In this document: piece by piece, positions 47,421 through 57,692 of the stretch | Position numbering within the stretch: the first letter of the stretch is position 1 | Layout: each line of letters starts with the position of its first letter | Source: Flavobacteriales bacterium | GTDB taxonomy: Bacteria; Pseudomonadota; Gammaproteobacteria; Enterobacterales; Alteromonadaceae | Length of the DNA stretch: 64,000 bases | Assembly: GCA_051276225.1 (NCBI GenBank) | Contig: JBNMPD010000001.1 | Location: 7,502-71,501 of the forward strand | Reading direction: 5' to 3' | Notes under the pieces: generated by a model | What the model was told of the DNA's origin: nothing | The model's input: the letters and a program-made list of their open reading frames with translations, nothing else | Database searches by the model: none | Program-made: the position numbers and the translations under genes

Positions 47421-48542
47421 CTCCATTGTTACCGTTTGTAAGATCATCGTTATTAATGATTATTTGAATAACCTTTTATTCTAAACTTGTTAATTCACTG
47501 TCAAGCGTAGAAACAAATATTAAAGATACACTATTGATAATTAAAATAAATACAAATAAATTGTGTTTATACTGCTCGAATTTTTATGCGATTTTGTTGA
47601 GTACAAAAAAAACTACAATCAGCTAATAAATTAATACTTAAATATATGAAGAAAACAAAGCAATATCTTTGCCAAAAAAATAAAAGTCAATATTATCAAT
47701 GAATTATATTTACACCATAAAACAATAGAATTAAATGTGTAAAGAAAACCGACGCTTTTGGAATAGCCGCATAGCTGAAGTTGGGGCTAAAACTATAAAA
47801 AAGATGTGCTTTGTGGTGAATTAGTTAAAGATTGGGTGTGCAAAATAAAAATTTCCATCAAAATTATTACTGTTAAAATGGATGTCTGCTATGGATATTT
47901 ATATTTTTTGAAGCATCTGGTTTTTGACTTTATAGATATTTTAAAGCATCCAATAAGTAACAACTAAAAGTATCATCAACAAACTACTCTTACTTTTTTC
48001 ATGTTGATTAGCAGTAAAAATATTATTCACCTATTATTCAATTTATTGGTCAGTTGAAGTTGCCCTACTAGCTGTTTAGTTCCCACATATATTCAGGCTA
48101 TACAAATATTAAATACATCCGATGTTGAACGGCTGTAATGATTGCAAAAGTATCGTTAAGGTTATTCTTATAGTTACGCATAAATGAAGCGATTCGTTTG
48201 TCTATTTAAGCCTTACAAGATGTAAAGGTATGTTTATATTTTTTCTTCTTTTTCAGTAATTAGTTGAGTCACACGTGATGGATCAAAATCGTTTTAATAC
48301 TTATGAAGTTTATTTCACGGCCGAAACACGAAGGTGTCAGGCGATAAGTCTCTGGCACTCAAAACACCTTTACTAAGTATGCTCATCAGTTGCGATTTAC
48401 AAATAATTCGCGAGGTTACCTTTTACCACCAAAACAGCATTCAACAGCTCTGGGGAGTGAAGAGCGTTGCATCGAAATAATACGATTTTAACATGGTTTT
48501 AACTAGCCGTTCAAAATTCAGATTTTCTCTGAGGCTCTATAT

Positions 48543-49193
48543 TCAAGCACGATTGTTAAATATCGTTTTCATCTGATTAGCAAAAGCAACGAACTTTTCT
48601 TTAATCGTTCGTTTTATTTTGATATCCACCCCGCCAAACATGACTAATCCTTCAATTGTAAGGGAAGGAGCTTGTCGCGAAGCAATGGATGGTGCTTTAT
48701 TATCAATACCGCCAAAAATACAAAATGCCTTTGACACTACATTAATGTTTTCGGGTACATAAACATTATCACCACCGAAAAGACATAATATTTTTATGGT
48801 GACGTTTGGGGTGGTAAATATGGCGTCGGTAAAATCGATATCGGCACCACCGAAGATAGTAATAATTATTATCTCTCGCGGCACTGTCCATTGACCGCTG
48901 CGACCGGAACCACCGAAGATATTGACTATAATGTCTGTGTCGTTGTTGTCACTGGCGGCATAGTTGACGTTGAATTGGCGTTCTTTTTGCGAGTTGAATT
49001 CTGTGTCTATAGTCTTTTCTAAGTCGGCAACTAAATTGAATATTTCTTGATGGTTTTGACTTGCCATGGCTTGGTCTAATCTGCGTTCAAATGCTTCACT
49101 AGAGATCACTCCATGACTGTAGTTATAAATCAATGTATCGATAACTTCTTCACGCACAATTTCAATTGGTCTATCTTCGAGTACTACAGCCAT
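48543..49193 (-). CDS. DUF1707 (SHOCT-like) + LiaF/DUF2154 (Toastrack) domain protein
   Basis: REEVIDTL...HGVISSEAFERRLDQA; repeated IFGG/LFGG/MFGGV beta units; GQWTVP. Confidence 0.85.
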   Translation of the reverse strand: MAVVLEDRPIEIVREEVIDTLIYNYSHGVISSEAFERRLDQAMASQNHQEIFNLVADLEKTIDTEFNSQKERQFNVNYAASDNNDTDIIVNIFGGSGRSGQWTVPREIIIITIFGGADIDFTDAIFTTPNVTIKILCLFGGDNVYVPENINVVSKAFCIFGGIDNKAPSIASRQAPSLTIEGLVMFGGVDIKIKRTIKEKFVAFANQMKTIFNNRA

Positions 49194-49238
49194 ATCTTAT
49201 CCCTAAATTTTATTTGTCGATAACTTTAACTAAACACA

Positions 49239-49253
49239 GCAGATACCATGCCA
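49239..49253 (-). promoter_or_regulatory. Sigma54 promoter (-24/-12)
   Basis: Minus strand TGGCATGGTATCTGC = GG-N10-GC, close to TGGCAC-N5-TTGC, 45 nt upstream of the ATG. Confidence 0.75.
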
Positions 49254-49270
49254 GTTTAAAAAACTAATAA

Positions 49271-49338
49271 TATCAATGGTTAAGGGTTTTAATATACATT
49301 CCAACATGATCGATTAAGCACTTTTTGGTGATTTTCAC
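49271..49338. promoter_or_regulatory. IHF-like site and palindromic enhancer (PspF-like UAS)
   Basis: TATCAATGGTTAA (1 mismatch to WATCAA-N4-TTR) at 49271-49283; GTGA-TTT-TCAC at 49328-49338. Confidence 0.5.
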
Positions 49339-50666
49339 ACTTTAATAGGAAAAACTAAAGTGAGTTTAGCACCGCCTAAATCACTCTGTTTGATTTCGAG
49401 CTGGCCTTGGTAAGCAGATACTAAGTCAGCCACCACCGCCATGCCTATGCCTTGACCTTCTTTATAACTATCTAAACGGGTGCCTCTTTTTAACATCTGT
49501 TCACGTTTTTCTTTTGGGATACCGGGTCCGTCGTCTTCAATATGGATCAGTAATTTATTGAGGCTAGTTAATACTGATAGTGTGACTCGTTTAGTGGCCG
49601 CTTTGCAGGCGTTGTCTAATACATTACCTAATATTTCCATTAAATCGGTGATATCGCCGTTAAAACCTAATGTTTGATTTTGAATATCATGGGTAAGAGT
49701 CAGGTTTTTGTCTGCGTAAACTTTGTCCATAGCATTAAACAATTTATCCACCACTGGTTTAATAGGCACGGCTTGTTCAAATTTACTCGTGGTACCTGCG
49801 ACGGCTCGTTTCAACTGTCGTTGTATTTGTAGATTTATCTGATTGATAGGCTCTTTAGCCTGTTGTGGTAAACCCTCTATTCCAGACAATACCGCTAAAG
49901 GTGTTTTAAGGCTATGGGCCAGATCACTTAGGCTATTTTTATAGCGACTGCGCTGTTGTTGTTCGGTGTCTAACAAATGATTAATACTATTTTTGAGTTT
50001 TTCTAGCTCGGGCGGATATCTGTGATCTATACGTTCGATTTGGCCACTTTCAGCTTGGCGTATTTGTTTGTTCAGCCTACTTATGGGCAACAATGCAGCG
50101 TTTAAACTTACCAATAACAAAATCAATAATAATAATGCAATCAGCCCTAACCAATTCCATAAGGTATTGGCGAACTTGTCTTTCTCAGCATTAAACACTT
50201 GTTTATTTTGTAGGATATAAAAACTTACTGGCTGGTATCCCCTGGATGATTCAAACTCCGCAGTATAGGCATATAAAAAGTAGTTATTTTGCATCGAGAA
50301 GTCTTCGATAAACGCTTCAGTACCAATAGCAGGAGTTGAAAATTGTGGTTGCTGTTGCCAGTTTAGAGTAGAGAGCGATTGCCATAACACACTCTCTTTG
50401 GATCGAATAAAGGCATAAAGGCCAGAACCAGGCATATTGAATTGATCATTATATAGCTGCTCGGGCATCAAAGCTTCACTGCCCGTATTATCTAATTCAA
50501 ATTCAGAAATTAAGGCTAAGCTTTGCACCCGCAGTTGCTGCAACATCGATTGACTCAAACTGCTATTGAACGCTTTTTCTAAGGTTACTGCAGTCAAAGG
50601 AATAAAAATTAGTAGCGCCAGCAGAGCGGCAGCAAAACTCCTCAATCGTAGGGACAAGTTATGCAC
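49335..50666 (-). CDS. PhoQ/CarS-like sensor histidine kinase
   Basis: 2 TM helices; DLAHSLKTPL H-box; GNVLDNACK; DDGPG; GQGIGM. Confidence 0.9.
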   Translation of the reverse strand: MHNLSLRLRSFAAALLALLIFIPLTAVTLEKAFNSSLSQSMLQQLRVQSLALISEFELDNTGSEALMPEQLYNDQFNMPGSGLYAFIRSKESVLWQSLSTLNWQQQPQFSTPAIGTEAFIEDFSMQNNYFLYAYTAEFESSRGYQPVSFYILQNKQVFNAEKDKFANTLWNWLGLIALLLLILLLVSLNAALLPISRLNKQIRQAESGQIERIDHRYPPELEKLKNSINHLLDTEQQQRSRYKNSLSDLAHSLKTPLAVLSGIEGLPQQAKEPINQINLQIQRQLKRAVAGTTSKFEQAVPIKPVVDKLFNAMDKVYADKNLTLTHDIQNQTLGFNGDITDLMEILGNVLDNACKAATKRVTLSVLTSLNKLLIHIEDDGPGIPKEKREQMLKRGTRLDSYKEGQGIGMAVVADLVSAYQGQLEIKQSDLGGAKLTLVFPIKV

Positions 50667-50683
50667 TTTTTTTTCTAATGAGG

Positions 50684-51358
50684 TCAGAGTTCACGATTAA
50701 TTCGATATCCTCGACCACGCAGGGTTTCTATGGGATTAATACTACCATTGGGGTCAATTTTTTTACGTAGGCGTCCTACAAATACCTCAATGACGTTACT
50801 GTCTAAATCAAAGTCTTGATCATAGATATGTTCGGTTAATTCAGTTTTAGAAATCACTTTTTGAGGATTGAGTAACAGATATTCTAATACTTTGTATTCG
50901 TAAGCGGTAAGTTCAATGTGTTGACCGTTAACTAATACCTCTTCACTTAGGGTATCAAGGCTGAGAGGACCTTTTTCGATTGTGGGGTGAGCTTTGCCTG
51001 CGGCGCGGCGAATTAGCGCGTTAATTCTGGCCAATAATTCTTCATTGTGGAAAGGTTTGGTCAGGTAATCATCTGCTCCTGAGTCTAATCCTTCTACTTT
51101 TTCTTGCCATCTGTCTCTCGCAGTTAAAATTAATATTGGGCAATTGACATCATTTTTACGGGCTTTTTGGATCACTTCAAATCCATCAACTACAGGTAGG
51201 CCAATATCAATGATGGCCAAGTCATAGGTATGTTCCTGCAACAAAAATAACGCTTTTGCTCCGTCATCTGCCAAGTCCACGCTGTAACCATTTTTTTGCA
51301 ATAATATGTCAAGCTGGGTAAGTAAACGGCTATCGTCTTCTACTATTAATATGCGCAT
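50684..51358 (-). CDS. PhoP/CarR-like OmpR-family response regulator
   Basis: IDIGLP, LTARDRWQEKVEGLDSGADDYLTKPF, DSNVIEVFVGRLRKK. Confidence 0.92.
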   Translation of the reverse strand: MRILIVEDDSRLLTQLDILLQKNGYSVDLADDGAKALFLLQEHTYDLAIIDIGLPVVDGFEVIQKARKNDVNCPILILTARDRWQEKVEGLDSGADDYLTKPFHNEELLARINALIRRAAGKAHPTIEKGPLSLDTLSEEVLVNGQHIELTAYEYKVLEYLLLNPQKVISKTELTEHIYDQDFDLDSNVIEVFVGRLRKKIDPNGSINPIETLRGRGYRINREL

Positions 51359-51428
51359 TGGGTACCTATTTATCCTTTACGTTTATCTGTGCTAGAGACT
51401 ATTTTCTTCTAGTACAATGAAAACCTAA

Positions 51429-51704
51429 TTAATCCCTTTTCTTCTTTTTACTCACTTTTCCTGATTTTTTGTCAACGTCTACAGATACCACACGTCCAGA
51501 TTTTTGTAGCACTTTAACCCGATATTTACTTTTGCTTTGATCGACTTTCAACACCCTACCACTGACTTTCTGTTGTGCTTTTTTTGCCGCTTCAGATTTT
51601 GTTTTGGGCACTGACTTAGTATCTTGAGCAGAAACAGGTGAACTGTTTAACGATATTGCCGTTAAACAAACAATCATAAATCTAATGTAAGGATTCTGCT
51701 TCAA
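51429..51704 (-). CDS. Exported PepSY domain protein
   Basis: Signal peptide; AAKKAQQKVSGRVLKV...YRVKVLQKSGRV..VDVD; typical position upstream of an RR/HK pair. Confidence 0.85.
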   Translation of the reverse strand: MKQNPYIRFMIVCLTAISLNSSPVSAQDTKSVPKTKSEAAKKAQQKVSGRVLKVDQSKSKYRVKVLQKSGRVVSVDVDKKSGKVSKKKKRD

Positions 51705-52088
51705 AGTCCAGCTCTTATCGGTTGATGTTCGAACACTAGTTTACCTCAATCATCAATTGACTTAAAAGCAATTGCTATTTTTAGCATGAGATTAAAGTAT
51801 CGATTTATCATATATTTTATCCTCTCATAAATACAAACATACTAATCGGGTCTACGTTGCCTAAATGTTCGGCATGTTTTCCTGTGAGCGGCCAGCCTTT
51901 TTAAAGCCGTTTAATACTCTTATTTCACGGCTTTTATATATTTAACCACACCGTTTTATTATTGAACTTAATAGGTGCACGCATAATAAATGTACGGGAA
52001 TGAGTTCGTGACAAAGGAGTAACCACTAAAATAGTAATCCGTATATTTTAAAAGTTTCATGGGATCACTCATGTTTAAATTACTGATC

Positions 52089-52123
52089 AGGTTAATTTGT
52101 TGCGGCTGAATTCTAGCTGAATT
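52089..52123 (-). promoter_or_regulatory. OmpR/PhoP-type direct-repeat box with a -10 element
   Basis: Minus strand AATTCAGC-tag-AATTCAGC (11-bp period), with TAACCT 11 nt downstream of the second TTCAG. Confidence 0.6.
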
Positions 52124-52364
52124 GCTGTTAAACGATTATGCACACCCAAAGTAAGGAGGCCTGATTAACTTTTCATTCTTTAATTCTATGAATTAAACGC
52201 TACTCAAACATCAAGTGCTGTAACGATAAATATGTAATTTATTCAATGTGCTTTATAAATATTTGGTTTGAAAGAGAGCTTGTCTTTGGATATCTTTTTG
52301 AATTAAGAATTGTATGAACACTAAAAAATTAGCTTGGGGCTACTTGTTCATATAGATTTTTAAA

Positions 52365-52775
52365 TTAAAAATCTATTTTTTTACGCAATACTTTTGTCCT
52401 GCCAGATTTCACTTTACTGTCAACTCGTTTTCTTTGAGCATTCTTACTGGGTTTGGTTGCACGGCGGGCTTTTTGTAGTTTCCCCGCTTCTACCAAAATT
52501 TCAGTCAGCCTTTCGAACGCATCTTGTTTATTTAATTCCTGAGTACGATGGCTTTGTGCTTTGATTATCAATATGCCTTCTTGGGTGATCCGTTTATCTT
52601 TGCCTGAAAGCAGTTTTTGTTTGACGTAATCAGGTGTATCAGCCATTTGAATATCAAACCTTAAATGAATCGCACTAGACACTTTATTTACGTTTTGACC
52701 GCCAGCACCTTGGGCGCGCATGGCGCTTAAATCTATGGCGGCCATCAGTAAATCAATGTTCGGTTTGTAACTCAT
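52365..52775 (-). CDS. arfB: Alternative ribosome rescue factor ArfB
   Basis: GAGGQNVNKVSSAIHLRFD; basic C-terminal tail. Confidence 0.94.
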   Translation of the reverse strand: MSYKPNIDLLMAAIDLSAMRAQGAGGQNVNKVSSAIHLRFDIQMADTPDYVKQKLLSGKDKRITQEGILIIKAQSHRTQELNKQDAFERLTEILVEAGKLQKARRATKPSKNAQRKRVDSKVKSGRTKVLRKKIDF

Positions 52776-52807
52776 TTAAGGCTTATCAACTATTTTAGGT
52801 AGTACTT

Positions 52808-53107
52808 TTAAGGTAGTACTTTTTTATAAGGTTTCACAACCACTTTTTGATACACACCTGCAATGGCATAAGGATCGGTGTCTGCCCATTGTTGGGCTTC
52901 TTCTAGACTATTAAATTCAGCAATCACCAACGAGCCAGTGAATCCGGCTTCGCCCGGATCTTCGCTATCAATGGCAGGGCAGGGACCGGCTACTAAAACA
53001 CGTCCTTGATCAACCAATAATTGAATGCGCTCAAGGTGTGCAGTGCGAGTTTGCTTGCGAAGCGCCAAACTGTTTTCAATATCTTCTGAATAAATTACAT
53101 ACCACAT
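52808..53107 (-). CDS. yciI: YciI family protein
   Basis: [28 protein letters not shown]. Confidence 0.93.
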   Translation of the reverse strand: MWYVIYSEDIENSLALRKQTRTAHLERIQLLVDQGRVLVAGPCPAIDSEDPGEAGFTGSLVIAEFNSLEEAQQWADTDPYAIAGVYQKVVVKPYKKVLP

Positions 53108-53140
53108 ACTGACATCCTCTAATTTATTAGAAATAGACAG

Positions 53141-53959
53141 CTACTTATGAGTAGCTGCTTTCATTTCTTTCACAAAATGTTTAAGTTTTTCTAGCATGAC
53201 TTCAGGTTGGCTTAGGTTTTCAGCAATAATATTGACTGTTGCTGAGCCAGAAATAGCCCCTGCCGCACCAGATTGAATGGCGTCTACCACTTGTGCTGGT
53301 GTTGATATTCCAAAACCAAGTAATGGTGGCGCTACTTTAAATTTAGTCAGCTTATCTATTAGTTCACTGGCAGGGATTGTCACTGCTGTCTCGGCCCCGG
53401 TTACACCAGCACGACCTAATAAGTAAGTATAACCCTGGGATTTCTTACCGATTTCAGCAAACGTTTCGTCACTGGCATTGGGCGGTGCGATTAAGATTTG
53501 TTTAATCTGTGTTTGCTCGGCAATGGCAATAAAACGGTCAGCTTCACGTAATGGAACATCAGCAATCAAAATCGAGTCTACCCCAGCTTTAGCTGCATCT
53601 TGGTAGAACTTTTCGATACCGCGTTTAAGTATGAGGTTGCTATATAGCAATAAACCTATAGGTATATCGGCATATGTTTCACGCACTTGGCGGATAATTT
53701 CAAAACAGTCATCTGTTTTAATTTTATTCGATAGAGCACGGATACTAGCTTTTTGAATCGTGGGGCCGTCAGCAATAGGGTCAGAATAAGGGAAACCCAA
53801 TTCTAATCCGTCAGCGCCCCCTTCAACTAAGGCTTCTATGATATTCACTGAGGTATGAATATCTGGATCGCCTACCATAACAAAAGGCACAAACGCGCCC
53901 TCATTTTTGGCATCAAGTTGTTCGAACATTGAAGCGTAGCGGTCGATAGAATCAGTCAT
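53141..53959 (-). CDS. trpA: Tryptophan synthase alpha subunit
   Basis: [28 protein letters not shown]. Confidence 0.97.
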   Translation of the reverse strand: MTDSIDRYASMFEQLDAKNEGAFVPFVMVGDPDIHTSVNIIEALVEGGADGLELGFPYSDPIADGPTIQKASIRALSNKIKTDDCFEIIRQVRETYADIPIGLLLYSNLILKRGIEKFYQDAAKAGVDSILIADVPLREADRFIAIAEQTQIKQILIAPPNASDETFAEIGKKSQGYTYLLGRAGVTGAETAVTIPASELIDKLTKFKVAPPLLGFGISTPAQVVDAIQSGAAGAISGSATVNIIAENLSQPEVMLEKLKHFVKEMKAATHK

Positions 53960-55139
53960 GGTTTTGGTCTCCTAAAATACTGCGGACATGCTCTAAATCT
54001 TTATCCCCACGTCCAGACAAATTCACCACTATGATAGTCTCCTTTTCTGCTTCATCAGCCATGTTTAAAGCATGGGCAAGGGCATGTGCAGGCTCAAGAG
54101 CAGGAATGATGCCTTCTTTTTGGGATAAAAGTTGAAACGCATTGAGCGCTTCTTCATCTGTTACAGATTCATATTCTGCGCGACCAATATCATATAAATG
54201 AGCGTGTTGTGGGCCAACCGCGGGGTAATCGAGTCCAGCAGAAACTGAATACGATTCTTCAATCTGACCGTCACTATCTTGCATGATGTAGCTGTAGGCA
54301 CCATGTAAGACACCCGTAGTGCCTTTACCGATTGCTGCGCCATGATCTTTGGTATGAACCCCTTTACCAGCAGGCTCAACTCCGATTAACCTAACGCTAG
54401 GCTCATCAATAAAATCAGCGAACATACCAATTGCATTTGAACCGCCGCCTACACACGCAACCAGTGCGTCGGGTAAACGTCCTTCTTTTTCCATAATTTG
54501 CGCACGCGTTTCTTCACCAATCATGCGATGAAATTCACGGACTATAGTTGGGAAGGGGTGGGGACCTGCAGCTGTACCTAATAAATAATGGGCTTTGTCA
54601 TAGTTTGCAGACCAGTCGCGCATAGCCTCATTAACGGCATCTTTCAAAGTACCAGAGCCTGAGTTAACGGGAATAACTTTTGCACCCATTAAACGCATTC
54701 TGAACACGTTAGGTGCTTGCCGCTCCATATCTTTAGCACCCATATAAATTCGTGCCTTTAAGCCTAACAATGCACAAGCTAATGCAGTAGCTACGCCATG
54801 CTGTCCTGCGCCAGTTTCGGCTATGACTTCAGTTTTCCCCATACGTTTCGTTAACAACGCTTGACCTAACACTTGATTGGTTTTGTGCGCGCCACCATGT
54901 AATAAGTCTTCACGCTTCAGGTAAAGTTTTACTTTGGGATTGCTGACTAGGTTTCTAGATAAAGTCATCGCTGTGGGACGACCCGCATAATCTTTTAACA
55001 AGCCCATAAATTCGGCTTGGAATTCTGGGTCTTTCTGGGCATCAATAAAAACTTGCTCGAGTTGGTCGAGGGCAGGCATTAGCAACTCAGGTACGTACAT
55101 ACCGCCATAGTTACCAAATTTACTGTCTAAATGATTCAT
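53952..55139 (-). CDS. trpB: Tryptophan synthase beta subunit
   Basis: [31 protein letters not shown]. Confidence 0.98.
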   Translation of the reverse strand: MNHLDSKFGNYGGMYVPELLMPALDQLEQVFIDAQKDPEFQAEFMGLLKDYAGRPTAMTLSRNLVSNPKVKLYLKREDLLHGGAHKTNQVLGQALLTKRMGKTEVIAETGAGQHGVATALACALLGLKARIYMGAKDMERQAPNVFRMRLMGAKVIPVNSGSGTLKDAVNEAMRDWSANYDKAHYLLGTAAGPHPFPTIVREFHRMIGEETRAQIMEKEGRLPDALVACVGGGSNAIGMFADFIDEPSVRLIGVEPAGKGVHTKDHGAAIGKGTTGVLHGAYSYIMQDSDGQIEESYSVSAGLDYPAVGPQHAHLYDIGRAEYESVTDEEALNAFQLLSQKEGIIPALEPAHALAHALNMADEAEKETIIVVNLSGRGDKDLEHVRSILGDQNHD

Positions 55140-55205
55140 CTATTTCTCACTCTTTAAAAACTGTTCTTTTCTAGCTAGTAGCTATAGTTAACATTGTTTT
55201 GCTTT

Positions 55206-55232
55206 GTGCATTTAGCTTAAAGCTAAATGCAC
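55206..55232. other. Perfect 13-bp inverted repeat between trpCF and trpB
   Basis: GTGCATTTAGCTT-A-AAGCTAAATGCAC; no U-tract on the trp mRNA strand. Confidence 0.75.
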
Positions 55233-55242
55233 GTGGCTGCTC

Positions 55243-56628
55243 TCAATACTCTCTAAGTTGGCTAAAAGCTTGATTAATTTTATCTTGCTGCTTAATTCCT
55301 GGTGCACTTTCCACTCCAGAATTTAAGTCAATCATGGCAACCTGTAAACTGGCTGCTTGTTTAACATTGTCAGGGGTAATGCCTCCAGCAAGCACAATGT
55401 TGGACTTGTCGGTTATAGCATCTAACAGTTGCCAACTAAAAGTCTGGCCTGTGCCACCTGATTGTTCACCTACTTGGCAATCTAGAAGAATGTAGTCAAC
55501 GTCACTTTCAACTAAAGTAGGTAACGTATCTTTCACTCCTTTAGCTAACCAAATTTGACATTGGGTTGGCAGTTTATTACGCAAATTGTCGATATAAGTT
55601 TGGTTTTCTTGACCGTGTAACTGAACCGCTGCTAGTTCTAATTCTTTTGCATAATTTATTACCTGTTCGATAGGGGAATTAACAAACACCCCAACATAAT
55701 AAAATGGTACGGCATAAGTAATCTGTTTGGCTTGCTCTAAGGTCACAAAACGTTTAGATTTTTCTGCAAAAATCAAACCTGCAAAGCTGGCAGGGCTATC
55801 TTTGACTAATTTGGCGCCAGATAAGCTGGTTGTGCCACAGATTTTAACTGTTCCATATATCAATTGTTTGGCCGCTAATGCCATATCCTTTTTGCCCATT
55901 AATGAGCTACCTACCAAAAATGCGTCAACAAGTGGGGCTAATCTGCGAACATCTTGATGGGTGTAAATACCCGACTCAGAAATGATTACATGTTCATGTT
56001 TAGCATGTTGTTTAGTTAGAGGCACCAAACGCTCAGTTGTTGCTAGGTCAGTGCTAAGGTCACGTAAGTCGCGGTTGTTAATGCCAATAATCTTAGCTTT
56101 CAATTCACAGGCTCTAAGCACTTCTTCTTCGTTACTGACTTCGGTCAATACATCAAGTTGGTACTGCTGTGCAATATTTGCTAATTCAGTATATTGTTCA
56201 TCGTCAAGGACGGATAGCATAAGTAACACTGCATCAGCATTGTGGTAACGGGCTAAATAAATTTGATAAGGTTCAACAAAAAAATCTTTGTTAATAACAG
56301 GCTGGTTTACTCGACTGCGAATATATTCTAGGTACTCAAACTTGCCTTGGAAATATTTTTCATCAGTTAACACCGATATACAAGCTGCGTAAGAACTGTA
56401 AGCTTGGATAACTTCATCTAAGTCGAAGTTTTCACGAATTATTCCCTTAGACGGTGACGCTTTTTTACACTCTAAAATAAAGCTAGCATTTGGCTGCGCC
56501 AAGGCGTCAAAAAAGCTTCTGTCTGAAGGTGTTAAACGATCAATGAAATGTGCTAACGGTAAATCAATTTTGCGTTGAGCGATTTCTTGTTTTTTGTCTA
56601 GGACGATTTGTTCTAATACATTGGCCAT
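55243..56628 (-). CDS. trpCF: Bifunctional indole-3-glycerol phosphate synthase / PRA isomerase
   Basis: ECKKASPSKG, GINNRDL, SESGI; then KICG, QLHG, LAGG, SGVESAPG. Confidence 0.96.
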   Translation of the reverse strand: MANVLEQIVLDKKQEIAQRKIDLPLAHFIDRLTPSDRSFFDALAQPNASFILECKKASPSKGIIRENFDLDEVIQAYSSYAACISVLTDEKYFQGKFEYLEYIRSRVNQPVINKDFFVEPYQIYLARYHNADAVLLMLSVLDDEQYTELANIAQQYQLDVLTEVSNEEEVLRACELKAKIIGINNRDLRDLSTDLATTERLVPLTKQHAKHEHVIISESGIYTHQDVRRLAPLVDAFLVGSSLMGKKDMALAAKQLIYGTVKICGTTSLSGAKLVKDSPASFAGLIFAEKSKRFVTLEQAKQITYAVPFYYVGVFVNSPIEQVINYAKELELAAVQLHGQENQTYIDNLRNKLPTQCQIWLAKGVKDTLPTLVESDVDYILLDCQVGEQSGGTGQTFSWQLLDAITDKSNIVLAGGITPDNVKQAASLQVAMIDLNSGVESAPGIKQQDKINQAFSQLREY

Positions 56629-56646
56629 TTTTGTTAACAGTGCCCT

Positions 56647-57687
56647 TTATTGATTTTGGCTGATGGAAGCCGACAATTGAATTGTGGCTAATGGACGTTG
56701 TTGCTGCATAGCATTAATTGCCATTTCGGCCCCTTGTGCATAGGTTTGTGCTTTGCCACATAATTTTAATAATGCAGCTGTGTTCATGGCTACAGCAGCT
56801 TGATGTGCTGCTTGACCCTTACCCGCTAGCACGTTTTCAATCAGGATTTTATTTTCTTCTGGCTCGCCACCTTTAATGGCGTCTAATGGATAATTTTCAA
56901 GTCCAAAGTCAGCGGGTGATAGAGTACTTTCTATCAATTCATCACCATTAAGCTCAACCACTTGGGTATCACCATGCAAAGCAAATTCATCTAATCCGCT
57001 GCCATGCACTACCATGGCTTTTTTATAACCCAATAACTGCAAGGTTTTAGCGAAAGGTATCAGTAATTCCGGCGCATAAACGCCAATGATTATATGAGTA
57101 GGGCGAGCTGGATTAACTAAGGGACCCAGCAAATTAAACAAGGTGCGAGTTTTTAATGTGGTGCGTACGGGCATAGCATGGCGAATACCCGAGTGATAAT
57201 TTGGCGCAAACAAAAAACACAGGTTTGATTGGTCGAGGCATCGACGTGCAATGTCTGCAGACATCGTTAATTCTAAATCAAATGCTTTGAATAAGTCAGC
57301 TGAGCCAGATTTACTCGAGACACTGCGATTACCATGTTTTGCTACCTTTACACCACAGCTTGCAGCCACTATGGCTGATGCAGACGAGATGTTGATTGTA
57401 TTATGCCCATCACCGCCAGTACCTACAATATCGGCAAAGTCATAATCTGGACGAGGAAATGCAGCTGCATTGGCTATTAGTGCGTTAGCGGCTCCGGCAA
57501 TTTCTTGTGGTTGTTCGCCTTTGATTTTTAATGCTGTCAGCAAAGAAGATAAGATAATATCATCCACCTGACCGGTTACGACTTGTGAAAATACTTTGGT
57601 GACATCATCCTGCTTTAAATCTTGGCCTTGATAGAGTTGTTGAAGAATTGTATGCATAGTCTGGTTAGTTTGAGTACTGTAGTTCAT
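56647..57687 (-). CDS. trpD: Anthranilate phosphoribosyltransferase
   Basis: [32 protein letters not shown]. Confidence 0.97.
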   Translation of the reverse strand: MNYSTQTNQTMHTILQQLYQGQDLKQDDVTKVFSQVVTGQVDDIILSSLLTALKIKGEQPQEIAGAANALIANAAAFPRPDYDFADIVGTGGDGHNTINISSASAIVAASCGVKVAKHGNRSVSSKSGSADLFKAFDLELTMSADIARRCLDQSNLCFLFAPNYHSGIRHAMPVRTTLKTRTLFNLLGPLVNPARPTHIIIGVYAPELLIPFAKTLQLLGYKKAMVVHGSGLDEFALHGDTQVVELNGDELIESTLSPADFGLENYPLDAIKGGEPEENKILIENVLAGKGQAAHQAAVAMNTAALLKLCGKAQTYAQGAEMAINAMQQQRPLATIQLSASISQNQ

Positions 57688-57692
57688 GGGGT

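Noticed and set aside
48381-48388. CTGATGAG on the minus strand as a hammerhead core
   Set aside because: No stem II or GAAA-stem III-UH follows on that strand; the GAAAC...GTC arm is on the opposite strand.
48327-48470. Thymidylate synthase N-terminal relic (EGVRR...HQLRF...TTK)
   Set aside because: The similarity is short, needs a frameshift and is plausibly chance; it cannot be supported without a search.
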